DNA of 64,000 bases, from NCBI GenBank assembly GCA_964016885.1, contig OZ024740.1:349618001-349682000 (forward strand), in the 5' to 3' direction. Numbering within the stretch: position 1 is the stretch's first letter; every line of letters begins with the position of its first letter. This document shows positions 40,064-54,519 of the stretch, in pieces. The stretch comes from Eledone cirrhosa (Eukaryota). The notes under the pieces are model-generated. The model was not told where the DNA came from. It ran no database searches and saw nothing but the letters and a program-made list of their open reading frames with translations. The translations under genes were made by a program, and so were the position numbers.

Positions 40064-41145
40064 ATTTATTACTTGACTTGATACTTAAGAAGCCGACCTC
40101 AATTGATTATTGTGTACAGTATATCTGTACAGTATATCTTTCTCAAGGACACAAAATGATTTTGAAATGTGAATATATTCACATAGATTTTATGGTTATT
40201 GCAAATAACGTCATATTGTAAAAATCGGATAATCTGTTAATTCTGATTATTCTCACAATTTCTAGAATTTACGACTATATAACAAATGTCCAATAGATCA
40301 TGGGATTATTTTTTTTTTATATTTGCTTTTTTTTTACCCATTTCTTCAAAAAAATATTATGATCTCAAAGAATGCCTTTTCTTCGAATGTCACTATTACC
40401 GTCTTTCAGTCAATATGAATTCGACTAAACTAGAGCTCTCTAAACTTTTTCCATTAGCGGCACACTTTATAAAACTATAAAATTCCGTGGTGTATTAAGT
40501 TTTGTTAGCTACACAAAAAGAAACAATTAAATGTCACAAGTCTCTAATTATACCCATGTATACTCTAAATATACCTTCACAGCCAAATATATTTGTTAAA
40601 TTTGATCCAATTTTAGTAACATAACTAGGGGTTATCGACGAAACACAGTTTGAAAAATCTCTTGGATACATTATTCGATGAATCCTTACTTATCTAAGAT
40701 GGTAGAGATTTGTTTGGAGGACATTTTACTGCTATTTCTAGCAAGAGGAGCTCATTTGTTATATCTTGGAGAAGATGTGCAGGATGGTGCACTAAAAATG
40801 TTTGGCTATCACCGATGCAGATATAGAAACATGATATCTGTCACGTCTGATAGCAAGCTAAGAGAAATTTCACCCTGGGATAACGATGTTGTTCTTTATC
40901 TTAAAAATACAGAAATAGCCCAAAGACGTATGTACGCAAACAACATGGAAATTAAGGAAACATGTGCGATGTAATCACCACATATTGAAATAAATAATCG
41001 GCGCATGTGCACTGACAATTTTTTTAGAACGCAGTTCGTTCCATTTTGATAATGCAAATTACACGATAACGTTGAGATATCCGCCGCCGCCGCCGCAATA
41101 ACATATGCATTGGTGTATGTATATACACGTGTTGTACATGTTTGC

Positions 41146-41176
<31 letters not shown>

Positions 41177-42417
41177 GTGTGTGTGTGGTCGCAATATCAG
41201 GTAGAAGGAGCTGTGATTTGAATTCAAAACGCACTAAGCCTGATCAGATACCGCTAAGCATCTCGCCTGACTAACAATTCTGCCAAAGCATCGCCTCGGT
41301 ACTGTGTAGCGGGATTAGAATTGGCGAAAGAGGATTGAGATGGAAATATCTGAACACGGATGGCACGAAACTAGCCAGCTGCCAGAAGAGGCTACATACG
41401 ATAGAAAAGACGGTGGAAGGAGACAATGCGTTTATGGGTTAAAGCGCGCGCGCGTGTGATGCCCGAGTAGGTAAACGTATATCGATGGGTCTGGTTGCTC
41501 TTGGGTTATGAGTTCAAAATCACGGTAGGCATATATTAGCCTCAACTATTATCCTAATATCCATAATGATCGATTGTTGTTAAAGTCATTTACGTTGGGA
41601 CTACTACATTTCATATATATACATTTAAATATAAGCATAGATACATATATGAGTGTAGCCCACCTTCAACAATGTGGCTCGATGAGAGAGAGACTCAACC
41701 AGATCTCCCTTAAATTACACACCCGCCATCTTAAAAGGACAGAAGTGATCACAGCTAGAATGCTTTTTATCCTAAATCTGTTGGATCAATCTTGAACTGG
41801 GGCTAAACGACAACAATAACAATAATCTAATGAAAACAAGTTAGTCATTTTATTTTCATTTATTTATTTATTTTTACTGTATTTACATTATGCAAACATT
41901 ATATTGGGATCAAGTGAATCTTAAATGTTGATACATCGAGAGTTTATATTGATTTTTCAATTTGTTTCCTAACACTAACAATGATATTAAAAATTTATGA
42001 ATGCAAGTGGTTAACAATATTTAAGGTGAAGCGTTGTTTGATTTGAGAGAAAAGAAAGAAAAACACTATGGACAATAGAGAAATATTACTATATCGAACA
42101 TTTTCTCTCGTTCTAGAAGGGTTTCTGCTTGTTTAGATATTTATGTTGAAAGACTCTTCATTTTTACTGTTGAAATAACTAAATCTGGATTACATTCCTA
42201 AATACCACATTTTACTTCATCTTCTCTTTACTCTTCATTGATTTGAAGTATTCTCCTGTAAAATATCATTTTTCAACTTATATTTGTTTTACATTTTTAC
42301 ATTTTATCATTAAGACTTGTACACACACACACATTATATATATCAGTAGTAGTAGAGATTAAAGTTTAAGCAAAAATCGCTGTGTTCACTCTTTTACGGG
42401 ATCTTCTGAGTTTTTTT

Positions 42418-42526
<109 letters not shown>

Positions 42527-42586
42527 CCTTATCGTGCCCTCTTCGGATTTTGGTCTTCATAATTATTATTACTATATATAAACACT

Positions 42587-42772
42587 GGCGGTGGATTGGC
42601 AGTATCGATAGAGGGTCGGACGCCATGCTTTGCCGCATAGAGTTACCGCCCTTGCCATTCTGAGTTCAAATCCCGCCGAGGTTAACTTTTCCTTTCATCC
42701 TTACGGGGTCGATAAAGTACCAGTAATGTACTGGGTAATTGTTGGCCTTGTGCCAAAAAGTAGAAACAATTA
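42587..42772 (+). mobile_element. SINE family A, short form
   Basis: Head, box B, core and tail all present. Confidence 0.9.
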
Positions 42773-44199
42773 TTACTATATATACGTGTGTGTGGAGGGA
42801 GTTTTCAGACCAACGATGAATTTCTTGTTTCACTCTAGTAAAGGATCACCAGGAATCAGTTTGTAGAGCTGAAAGCCCTAAAAATTATTCTCTACAGATC
42901 AATCTCTATTAATATGAATCGCATTCTCATTTAAACTTAGCCTTCATTCATTTTCAACTAAGAAAATCCAAAAATATATATATTTTCAGTACCAGAGTAG
43001 CATCGGATAGAAAAGAGATAGCAAAAATGTCATACTGTGTCTCCAAATTGATATTGCCTGTATCTCTGTTCATTATTTGTTCGGGTTGGTTTATGATAAG
43101 GTATTTTCCAATCACACAGAAATTGCAACGTTATTTTGTGCCTGCATGTGTATATGTTGAGGCCCGAAACTCATGATATAGTCATAGGGGCACTCTCTTA
43201 ACGTAGTGTCTTGGTCAATTTAAACCTGACGGAATCAATCCTCTCACCCGAACAGTCGATTTCTTCCAGAAAAGGAGAGAGAGTGTGTGAGTGTGTGCGT
43301 GTGCGTGTGCGTGAGAGAGAGAGAAAGTGTGTGTGTGAGAGTGTGTGTGTGTGTGAGAAAGATCTCGACATAGAGAGTGTCATATGAATTCAGCAAACAG
43401 AGATCCGGAACGAATACCGCAAAGAATTCTATATGAGGTTCTAAAACCACTGCCAATTTACTGCCTTCTACATGTATTACCATACATATATACCCGTAGA
43501 CATCTACACTATTCAAAAACACGATTGCAACCAACATTTTAAACTCTCTCTCTCACGCACACACACACATACATACATACACACATATATATCTTTCACT
43601 CACTCGCTCAGACTAGGTAATATTAATACACATCCACACTAAAGTAACAGTAGTATCAATGGCCTCATTAAGAATGCCGAAGAACATAATCCAGCGTTGT
43701 GGTCATCACCTAGCGAAAATACTGCACCCCATACGATAAAGAACTGCATGTCAAGGTTATGTAGTAGGGTCATCATTTAAAGAAAATCATTGATCAACTG
43801 AAGCTCTGAATATGTAGGACACGGCTAACTGTTCAACCAACAACGTGTGTATGTGTCTATTGGTCAGTTGAATCAGACCTAAAAGGGACAGCACCACTAC
43901 AACAGCAACCGATTACACTCGTGTCCAAATGTGCTCGACTAGGAACTAACCTGGAGCCACATAACAAACCCCTTAAAAAAATAACTTTTCAAAGGTTAGA
44001 TAATTTGCTTGCAGTGACACGGTAGAATCGAGCGAGAGCAAGAGAGATGTATGTATGTATGTATGTATGTATGTATGTATGTATGTATATATATATATAT
44101 ATAAAGAGAAGGAATGTGTGCGCATGCACACATGTGAAAAAAAGAATGTCAGAGGTGTATGTTTGTGTGAAAGTGCGAAATGAAACGCGAGAAAGATGA

Positions 44200-44267
<68 letters not shown>

Positions 44268-44448
44268 TGAGAGAAGAAAGTGATGAGGCGAGGTGAGATG
44301 AAGGAGATACCGAGAAATGAGTTAATGAGTCTAACAACCCCACCTTATTTCATTTCCTGTGTAATCTTATCTCACTTATACATACGGTACAGCAACTGCT
44401 GATGAAATAAGAAGACTAATTTAAGTCTAACAATATCAAGTTATAACA

Positions 44449-44750
44449 GGCGGCAAGGTTGGAAGATTTGTTAAAGTATAGGTTCGGTCCATTAGATCAG
44501 AGTTCAAATCATACCGGGGTCAACTTTGCCTTTCATCCTTCCGGGCCAATAAAAGAAAGTACCAGTCGCATACTGAGGTCACAAGGCCAGCAAATACCCA
44601 GTGCATTACTGGTACTTTATTTTATCGACCCCGTAAGGATGAAAGGCAAAGTTAACCTCGGCGGGATTTGAACTCAGAATGGCAAAGGCGGTAACTCTAT
44701 ACGTCAAAGCATGGCCTCCGACCCTCTACCGATACTGCCAATCCACCGCC
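44449..44750. mobile_element. Two SINE A copies joined tail-to-tail (older + copy 44449-44580; younger - copy 44581-44750)
   Basis: Core present in both orientations, meeting near 44580. Confidence 0.8.
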
Positions 44751-45324
44751 ATCTATAGTCTTATAATACATCCAAGATATGAATGGGATTATAACAGAAA
44801 ATACACACAATACGTGTATAGGAGCATCCCTTCAACACACACACACATAAGCACATGTTTTTCAATAGAAGAACGGAAAGACCGCAGTTCTTAATGAGAG
44901 AGAGAGGGAGAGAGAGAGTACATAATTTATTTCAGTCAGAAATGATCTCTACACTGTTTCATTCGGTTGAAATCATCAGAAATGTCCTGATGTAGACGTC
45001 ATTTTTATGTGAAATAAATTATATCTCCTTCACCTCACCTGAAAAGCACCCCAAGCCTTCTGTTAGGCAAAGATGAGATATGAACCAGGAATAAGTACAT
45101 GCATGATTGAAATAGCCTATCACAGCATCGACTTTCGAAAACAAAACAAAACAAAAACAGCTTTTTGTTTTATTTTTTATCGTCTCTTGAATACTCCATA
45201 GCCACTGTTCTAGGCGTGCGCAGTGTAGCGAATTGCCTGTAATTAAAAGGTAAATATTTATTTCACGGCGCGAGAACGATACGAACTCGCAACGATGAGT
45301 GCACCCACAGAAATTTGTATTTAT

Positions 45325-46268
45325 TGGATTGACAGTATCGGTAGAGCGTCAGACACCATGGTTTGCTGCGTAGAGTCATGGCCCTTTACAGTCTGAGTTC
45401 AAATCCTGTCGTGGTTAACTTTGCCTTTCATCCTTACGGGGTCGACAAAATAAAGCACCAGTAATGCACTGAGGTAATTGCTGGCCTTGTGCCAAAAGTA
45501 GAAACAATTATTATATCATTATTATAGATATATGTGAGGACGGTGAATTGGCAGTATCGGTAGAGAGTCGGACGCCATGCTATGCAGTATAGAGTTACGG
45601 CCCTTTGCGGTCTGAATTCAAATCCCGCCGAGGTTAACTTTGCTTTTTATCCTTACGGGGTCGATAAAATAAAGTACCAGTCACGCACTGAGGTCGATTT
45701 AATCGACTTGCCTCTTCCCCAAAATTGCTGGCCTTGTGCCTATATAAGAAACCATTATTATAAGTATGTGAAGACGGTGGATTGACAGTATCAGTAGAGG
45801 GTCGGACGCCATGATTTGCAGCATAGAGTTACAGCCCTTTACGATCCGAGTTCAAATCACGCCGAGGTTAACTTTGCCTTCATCCTTACGGGGTTGTTAA
45901 AATAAAGTACCAGTCACGCATTGGGGTTGATTTAATCGATTTTCCTCTCCCCCAAAATTGCTGGCCTTGTGCCTAGTACCAGTAATGTACTGCATATTTA
46001 CTGGCCTTGTGCCAAAAGTAGAAACAATTATTATAGATATATGTGAGGACAGTAGATTAACAGAGTCGTTAAAGCGTCAGACAAATGGTTTTACAGTAAT
46101 TGTTCCGGCTCTTTACATTCTAAGCTCAAATACCACGGAGATCAACTTTGCCTTTCATCATTTCGTAGTGGCTAAAATAAAGTGCTAGTCAAGTGCTGAG
46201 ATCGATATAATTGACTTTTCATTCTCCTCATATTGCTGGCCATGTACTTACATTAGAAACCATTATTA
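45325..46268 (+). mobile_element. Head-to-tail cluster of four SINE A copies
   Basis: Copies at about 45325-45512, 45538-45760, 45773-46031 and 46047-46268. Confidence 0.9.
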
Positions 46269-47707
46269 ATTATACATATATGTATGAAAGAAAATCAAAG
46301 AGATTTTCATCTCATCAAACTCGCTATTTGAGCTTTGTACGTACTTGGTTGACAGCATATCGTAGTACTAAGCGATTCACTAGTCAGCAGCTGCCCTACC
46401 TACCTAACAACCTAAGTCAACTTGACACTTATTTCTTTAGCTGCTGCTTCGTGATGGCATAATTAATTTTACACTTGTGTCATCGATTTTCGTGTGGTTA
46501 TCTTTCTCGATATATCCTCTCTCTTCCACCTCTGTCTCACTGCTTGTCCGTCCATACAAACCACCATCTTCCTTCTTTCCTTTAATTTTGGTTGCAGGTG
46601 TGTGCACATACAATGAAATATATTCCCAACCATTGTGCGTATGTGTATGAGGTGGAGAGACTATGTATGTATGTATGTATGTGTGTGGGTGGGGGGGGGG
46701 GGTGTTAATAGTTGAGTGGTTACGACGTTCGTTTCGCAACCACATGGTTTGGGTTCAATCCTACAGCCTCGGGTTGACCAATGCCTTGTGCGTGAAATTT
46801 GGTGGACGATAACTATAAGGGAGACGGGTGAAGGGGCAGGTTACGTTAAGGATTAAGAGGGACAGCATACAATTATATGGGAGTGACTCCAGTGAGGGAA
46901 ACCAACACCAAGGATTTTGAATTATAGATACAAAGCGGGAGATTGGAAAAGAAAAAGAGATTAGATGAAAAATACTGGAATATGAAAAATACATTATTTA
47001 TCAATTTCCAAAGCATGTAAGACTAAGTTGACCTCGGCAGCATTTGAACCCAGAGTGCAGTGGGCCGGAACGAATACCGCAAGGCATTCGATACGACACT
47101 AACGAGTTTGCCAATTTATAACCTGCACTCATCCATTAATCATATTAGGTCGCATCGGTGACACTTGAATGCGTATGTATATCTACGCATGTGGATGTAA
47201 TTGGTGAGTGTGCGAGTACATATGTTTATGAACAGTAAACCCATCTACAGAAAGGTGACTCCGTTCAGATCTATCTTCATGATCACCACCTACGCCATAT
47301 TTCCACGATCACTTTCACTATCAAGATCAACAACAACAGTACCACAATCAGCAGCAGCATGTGGCTAAGAGAAAATACATTAGAGAGGTGTTCAGCATAC
47401 TAAATGAGATATGGTACAATATCATATACTTAATATGAGATAAAACATTCTTCTAATCAACTGCGAATACCCAAGTCATAAGTAGAAGAAAAAAAAGCAT
47501 TTAACATCTAAAGAACAAAGGGGGACAACACTAAAAAGATCAGTTGACCCACATATTTAGACAATTTAGACAATGCAGATTAGAATGGTTCTTCTCTTGA
47601 AAAGCCAACTAGTGAAACAACGAACGTGTTTCGATATTAATAAAAACTCCTCAGTGATGCATATTCTATTCGCAAGGTTAAGAAGGATATATATATATAC
47701 ATATATA

Positions 47708-47870
47708 ATGGCAAGAGCTCAGCTGTCGGGCCCTGGCTCTCTCTAATATATATATATATTAGAGAGTCAGTACCCGGCGGCTGAGTTCTTGCCGTTTCGA
47801 CAGCTAATTCGAGACTTTAGGCTGACATTAGCTGTCGAAGCAGCAACAGCTCACCCGTCGGACTCCGACT
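47708..47870. repeat. Double fold-back of a hammerhead/PLE terminus related to 29930-29981
   Basis: GGCAAGAGCTCAGCTGTCGGG (+), its inverse CCCGGCGGCTGAGTTCTTGCCGTTTCGACAGCTAA (-), then TTAGCTGTCGAAGCAGCAACAGCTCA (+). Confidence 0.75.
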
Positions 47871-48220
47871 TTAATATAGTTACACTCTACTATCCCAAAT
47901 ATTGAGTACTCTGCTGAATAAGGGTCTTACTAGCTTAAAACTGGTAAAATCCATTATATATATATATATATAAGCAAAGAGATATTTAATTTGTTGGTTA
48001 TTCAACAAATTTATTTATAACAGATCGAAGCACTCTACAAATTTCTTCTATCCAAAATGAACTTAAAACGATAAGTTCTTGTTTTGGGGATATGTCAATA
48101 TTTATAAAACAATGTTTGTATTTTATCTGATGAGTGCGTACCAAAATTTTGGTACCCTTGAAATATATATAATAAAATAAATATGGTTTTATAAAAATAG
48201 TTTCCATGTATTAATATCAT

Positions 48221-48293
<73 letters not shown>

Positions 48294-48328
48294 TACACAT
48301 ATATATATATACATATACACATATGTAT

Positions 48329-48394
<66 letters not shown>

Positions 48395-51300
48395 CACACA
48401 TATATACACACACACATATATACATATATACATATACATATGTATAAATACACATGTATAAATACACATGTATATAAATACATATATGTATAAATATGTA
48501 GGAGGTGAGTTTTATTGTAGTACAATAAAGCAATGCAGATATATATGTATATATATACATGTGTGTGTGCGCGCGCGCACTTACGCACCGAGTCTACTGG
48601 TATTTGTGAAGAGTGGATTGGAACGTTCTAATTCCAATGATGTGTGTGTGTGTGCGTGTGTGGTTAAAGTAGTGTATATTGTCATCAATATTTATGAGAC
48701 CAGCAACCACCACTTCAGACATCACCATCACCATCATAATCATCACTGTAGACATTGGTTTGTTTGATGTTAAAGAAAGCGTGGGAGGAGTTGGTTATGA
48801 AAGTAATTAAATAAATAATTGCTCTCTCTCTCTCCTGTCCGCTAAGAGTGACATGCAATGAGACGGAGTGTCAAAGCTAGGAGACCTGAAGCATACGTTA
48901 GGGTCCAGTTAACATACTTTCAATCTCTTAATGCTTTTTACAGAGGCAAAACTTCCACTGGGAATGTCGGTACAGAGATAGTGGAGGGAGGGCGTTAGTG
49001 ATGGAAGTATTTGAGAGTGGAGATAGCGACAGTGGCGGTGGTGGTTACTGTGGTAATGGTGTGTAGGAAGGGGTAAATATACGAGTGAGTAATAGATGTT
49101 GATATTGATGGAAGAGGTGTTGGCAACGGTGGTGGTGGTGGTGAGGGGGGATGGGTGTGAATGAGTAATAGATGATAGTGATGGTTATAGTAACGTTGAT
49201 TATGATGACGAAAGTAGTAATGTTAGTTGAGGTTGAGGTGTTGATGGTGGTTGGGTGTTAGAGGTAATTAAGCTGACAGTGGTGGTACTAATGGTGGCGA
49301 TGGTGATGTTAGTAGAGGTAATGAAGTTAGTAGTTGTAGTAGTAGTAGTAGTAGTAGTATGAAAGTGTGTTACAGATGATGAGGGTGACCGAGTTCTTCA
49401 TGGTGATGATCATGCTAATGATGTTAATGAGAATGATGATAGAAAAAAAGGGAATGACTCATGTATGATGATTGTGATAATTGTGGTGCCAGTGGATGTA
49501 GAAGGAAGATGGGGACGATGGTGATTATTTAACTACTGGGTGTTGTTGTTGACAGTGAGATAGAGTGGAACCTAATAACAAATGGCAGAAGTAAAAAGCA
49601 AATGGAGCAAATTGAAGTGAAACAGCCAGTTTACTCTCACGACAGTTGGTGTACACCAGTGATGTTTTAATACAACGGCGCTTAAAATACGAAGGGAACA
49701 TTAACTTTCATCCAATTTCATCTACAATCTGAGGCATTCCAGTTATGACCAGACCACCCTTTTGCTATGTGAAGGAACACCCAAGATCACATTATCTAAC
49801 GCTTCATTTTCTATGACGGTTGGGTATGATTTTAGGGAGATTTAACTACTATTCTTAGCAGATCGAGTGACCGCACGGAGGGCCTGAAATTCGCTAGTGG
49901 TTATGATGATAGAACTGGGTGATAATAGGACCAACGTTGACAGTGTTCCTATTAGCTGCACATGTCCTCAAATGTATTAATTTACTAATAAACACATTAG
50001 TAATGTGAGCCAACGGCAGTCGACCGTTTTACAACATTGAGAATTTCAACTGCTTACAGTTGCAAGATTCGGCTGGTTTGCCCATAATTCTAGAGTGCTG
50101 GTCCTTTGTGAGGTCTTTAATTGGTCGTAATGTATGTAGACCGGGTTTCCATGTCACTGAACGTCTTTTACAAATTTTCTGAAAAAAACGGGCTACAAAT
50201 TAAACTGAGATAATTAGTGATAGAGTCAAATTTAATTGCCGTTTATTGGTCAGTGTCGATCAGATCCCTAATGAGAGAAGAAATCACACCAGTCAATTTG
50301 AAATAGCTTATATCTCTTACTGGCTGCCGTAGATTGGAGTCGACACTTCTCACTTACAATGATCGACTTGTGGTGATTAACACTTTTCTCTTGCCATGGT
50401 GGGTTATAGCGGTTGACACCTCTCATTTGGAGTGATCAGCTTCTGTGAGTGAATACCTGTTTTTTGGACGCCTTTTAGCAATTGGTCTACGTTTAAATAT
50501 GTCACTCAAATGTGAAGTATAGTATCAAGAAAACAGCATCAACCATATTGTAAAAGTTGTTTTTGTTTGTATATGATTTCTGTTTTATACAACTTATTTG
50601 ACTGAACATTCAATCTTTCAACTGGTAAAACGAACTAATAGTTAATAAAATTGAATTGGTAAGTAGATAGATTGTTCAAAAGCCTAGACTCCGTGGGAAA
50701 TTACTGGGAACCACTGAGATAGCGGATAGAGAAAAATGTGAACTAGAGCACTGTGTGCGTGTGTTTGTAAAATTAGTTTGGGAAGAAAGCATAATATGTT
50801 AAGATGTATAGGAGATAAAAAGGAAAGAGGGGCAGATATGATGAAAGTGAATAAATGGGGAAAAGATACTGAATGCCGAGTGTGAAGGATGAAGAGAAAG
50901 ATATGTTGATATGAATGAGAGAAGGAAACGACAGTGGAGAGAGAGGGGGGAAGACAGTGGAGATAGAAGAAAAGACCGGGTATGGAGAAGAGGGGGAAGA
51001 AATACAGGTCAGAGTGAAAAGAAGGCAAGACCGAGTCGAGTAAGAGATGAAGAGAGTAGAATGGGAAAGAAATCAAATAAGAAGGCGGGGTTGGGTGAGA
51101 GGAGAAAAAAGAGGTTTGAGTGACGGGAGTGGCTGACAAATCAAGAGATGACCGAGTGAGAGGGAATAAAAGAAAGTCGAGTAAGAAAAAAGAAATTTAA
51201 TGAAATTTACAGATTACACCTAAGTAAAGTTTAGCTGGACTCCTACAAGGTTGCATATCAGACGTTGCTAGGGTGATAAGAGCTACAGTCCTGTCATAAA

Positions 51301-51628
51301 AAAACAAACAACGTGAAATAAAGTGTCGTGCTGATGAAGACAGCATACCACCATCCAGGAATCGAACCCATTTTTTTTTTTATTATTATCGTGAATCGAA
51401 CACCATATCCACTAGGCCACCGCAAGAAAGAAAGGCGACGTCGTAAGACTAAAGTATATATAGAAAAGGCAATGAGTAGGGGGTAAAAGGAGCTAGGGGT
51501 GAATACAATGAGAGAGAGAGAGAGAGAGAGAGAGATGTAAAATAGATAACCGCTTTAAAAGAGAAAGTTTAGAGAAATATAGTTCTTCAGAAATTAAAGA
51601 ATATATCGGAATCGGACATACACATACT

Positions 51629-51676
<48 letters not shown>

Positions 51677-52338
51677 CAATTGGACAAACGAAGAATGTGA
51701 TGGAGAATGTGTGTACAAAGGGAAGAGAGTGAAATATAGGCAAGATTATGAGGAAGATATATTATGAATGCAGGATAAGAATCTATATAGTAACGTTTAT
51801 ATGTTTATATATATATATATATATACAGAGAGAGAGTTAAATTCTTGTTATAGAGGAAAAAAGAGAAAGGGAGAGGAAACAATGTAATAAAGAAAGAAAA
51901 TGAGAAAGAAAAAACAAATGGTGAGAGTAAGAGAAACAATGAAGAAAATGGAAAGAATTTGCCGAAGTGTGTATAGGATGGAGAGAGAGAGAGATAGGGA
52001 GAGCTGTGTGGACAGGAGAGATATTATGGAAGGAGGGTGTAGAGAAAGAAAGCATCCATCATACCAACCAGTGCCGAACGCTGCAGGTTTTACAGGAATT
52101 GGGTTACCGTAGTTACAGCAGAGATATTTCTTCCCGCGGGGAGGAGGGATTCAAGGCTGTGTGTGTAGAGGAGAAATGGTGGCGGTGCGGCGTGGGGGAG
52201 AAAGGGGATAGATAGAATAAAGAGTGAGACTGTGGGTGTAAGGAGCAAGGAAGAGAGGGTACAAAGAGCAAGAGGCAGGTTGTGCGTACATATGCAAGGG
52301 TAAGATGTGTGTACACACACACACATATATATATACAT

Positions 52339-52369
<31 letters not shown>

Positions 52370-52372
52370 CAT

Positions 52373-52405
<33 letters not shown>

Positions 52406-52408
52406 CAT

Positions 52409-52443
<35 letters not shown>

Positions 52444-52522
52444 CATACACACACACACACACACACATATACATACACACACACACACACATATACATAC
52501 ACACACACACACACATATACAT

Positions 52523-52561
<39 letters not shown>

Positions 52562-52589
52562 CATACACACACACACATATATATATACA

Positions 52590-52627
<38 letters not shown>

Positions 52628-52629
<2 letters not shown>

Positions 52630-52703
52630 GGGTGTCTCCAAAAATGTATACATATATTTATTAGAATGCTGTTGAAGTGTGTATACATTTTTGGGACACC
52701 CTG
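52628..52703. mobile_element. 76-bp Tc1/mariner-type MITE
   Basis: TIRs CAGGGTGTC(T)CCAAAAATGTATACA and TGTATACATTTTTGGGACACCCTG, inside a TA/CA microsatellite. Confidence 0.75.
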
Positions 52704-52721
52704 TGTATGTATGTATGTATG

Positions 52722-52756
<35 letters not shown>

Positions 52757-53166
52757 AGAATTAGTGAGGGGCGAGTATAAGAGATATACAGGGTATGTGT
52801 GTGGTTTACGAAATAAGGGTGTGAGTGAATGTTCATATGTGAAACTGCGAGGACCTGGAAGAATGTGTAGGTGTGTGTGTGCACGTGTGTCTGTGTGTGC
52901 GCGCGAGTATATGATATTTACGAGTGCATATGTGATGGAAGAAGAAAGGAAAGAAATGATGAGAGAAACAGTCGGTGCAAGAGAGAGTGTGTGTGTGTAT
53001 GTAAGTGAGTGAGTGTGTGTATGCGCGTGTGATTGAATACCAATGTGCGTGTGTGGATGTGTGTTTATGTGCATGAATGTGCGTGTGTGAACTTTTGGTA
53101 AAAAGAGAACACGTGTGTGTAAATAAACAGGTCTGAAAATGAACGTCATGTCAGAGAAAGCAAAGA

Positions 53167-53201
<35 letters not shown>

Positions 53202-53934
53202 TTTGAATGAGAAATAAAGAAAAGCGCGCGCGTGCTGGTGTGTGTGTATGTGTGTAAGTTGTGTGTTATCATCTGTGTTAGAGAGTTTAGGCGTATGAAT
53301 ATTATGTTTATGCATATTCATGTTACAGAGAGTGGGGAAAGGTGTGTGCGTGTGTATGAATGAGAGTAGGGACATGTATCTATAAAAATGACTCGTTTTT
53401 CTGAATGCATATATGCATGAGTGTGCTACAAACCATTCATGTGATCCAGAGAAATTGCGCGCGCGCGTGTGTACGAGAGAGGATATTGGGAGGGGTTAGT
53501 TTCTATGAGTTGGGGAAAGCATTTATGAAACGACTCGTGTGTATGTTAAAATGCATTCATGTGATCGAAACAAAAGTATACATGTTGGTGAGATAGAGTG
53601 AGGCACGAGTGAATGTGTAAGTTAGTACATGTAAGTGCATGCATGCGTGAGTTTCGAGCGTGTTTGTGTGGGTTCACGGAAGTGACCTGTTATCAGAGTG
53701 CAGGTCAGGTGACCGCTTTCTTGATAGAGCAGTTACCATAGGAACTAAGCCGGCTGACATTTGCCAATAGAAAACTAATGAACAGTATGAGAAGGCAAAC
53801 TAATGAATTAATACCAAGTAGTGAGGTAGTGTGGGTATGATAGAGGAACTTAAGGGAACGTTTAAGAATGTTTGTCTACATTCAGGAGGAGCAAGCAATG
53901 GAATATGTGCTGCTGTACTTTTAACACACACACA

Positions 53935-53990
<56 letters not shown>

Positions 53991-54519
53991 GATGGGGGGG
54001 GGGGGGCGTAACTCCCTGTGGAGTCTAAAAACAGCCTTATTTCTTCCGGTGAATGAAGGAGAGCGGTATAGACAACGTGAGAAAGTGATATAGAGGAAGA
54101 ATCGACCCAATACTGTACTGGTACTTTTTTTTATCAACTTCGAAAGGATGAAAGGCAAAGTTCACCACAAGAGCCTAACCGGTATCTGGTAGATATGGGG
54201 TTCGATTCCTCATAGCGACTGATGGCAACATTTTTTTTTTGTTTTTTAAAGGTCTTCACCCTATGTTATAGCATCTCCGCGCATGAGCACATCATTCTTT
54301 ATATATGTATGTGTGTTTGTGTTTACTGACAGACAGACAAACAAACAGATAAAGATGTGACCAGTCAAGAGCATTCCTTATTCAACGGAGTAATCAATAC
54401 TCTAAAAAGTGCTGAATAGAGATATTTGATATATGTAAAACTGTCGGTCCAACTTAAACTATATTGTCAGTGGGGAGCTAAGCAAACAACCATAAACAAT
54501 GTTTGTTACCGAGCTAGGT

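Noticed and set aside
45325-46268. CRISPR-like repeat-spacer array
   Set aside because: The units are SINE copies of about 200 bp in a eukaryotic context, with no cas genes.
47615-47660. Minus-strand CTGAGGA...GAAACACG hammerhead
   Set aside because: Stems I and II do not pair. At best a decayed relic.
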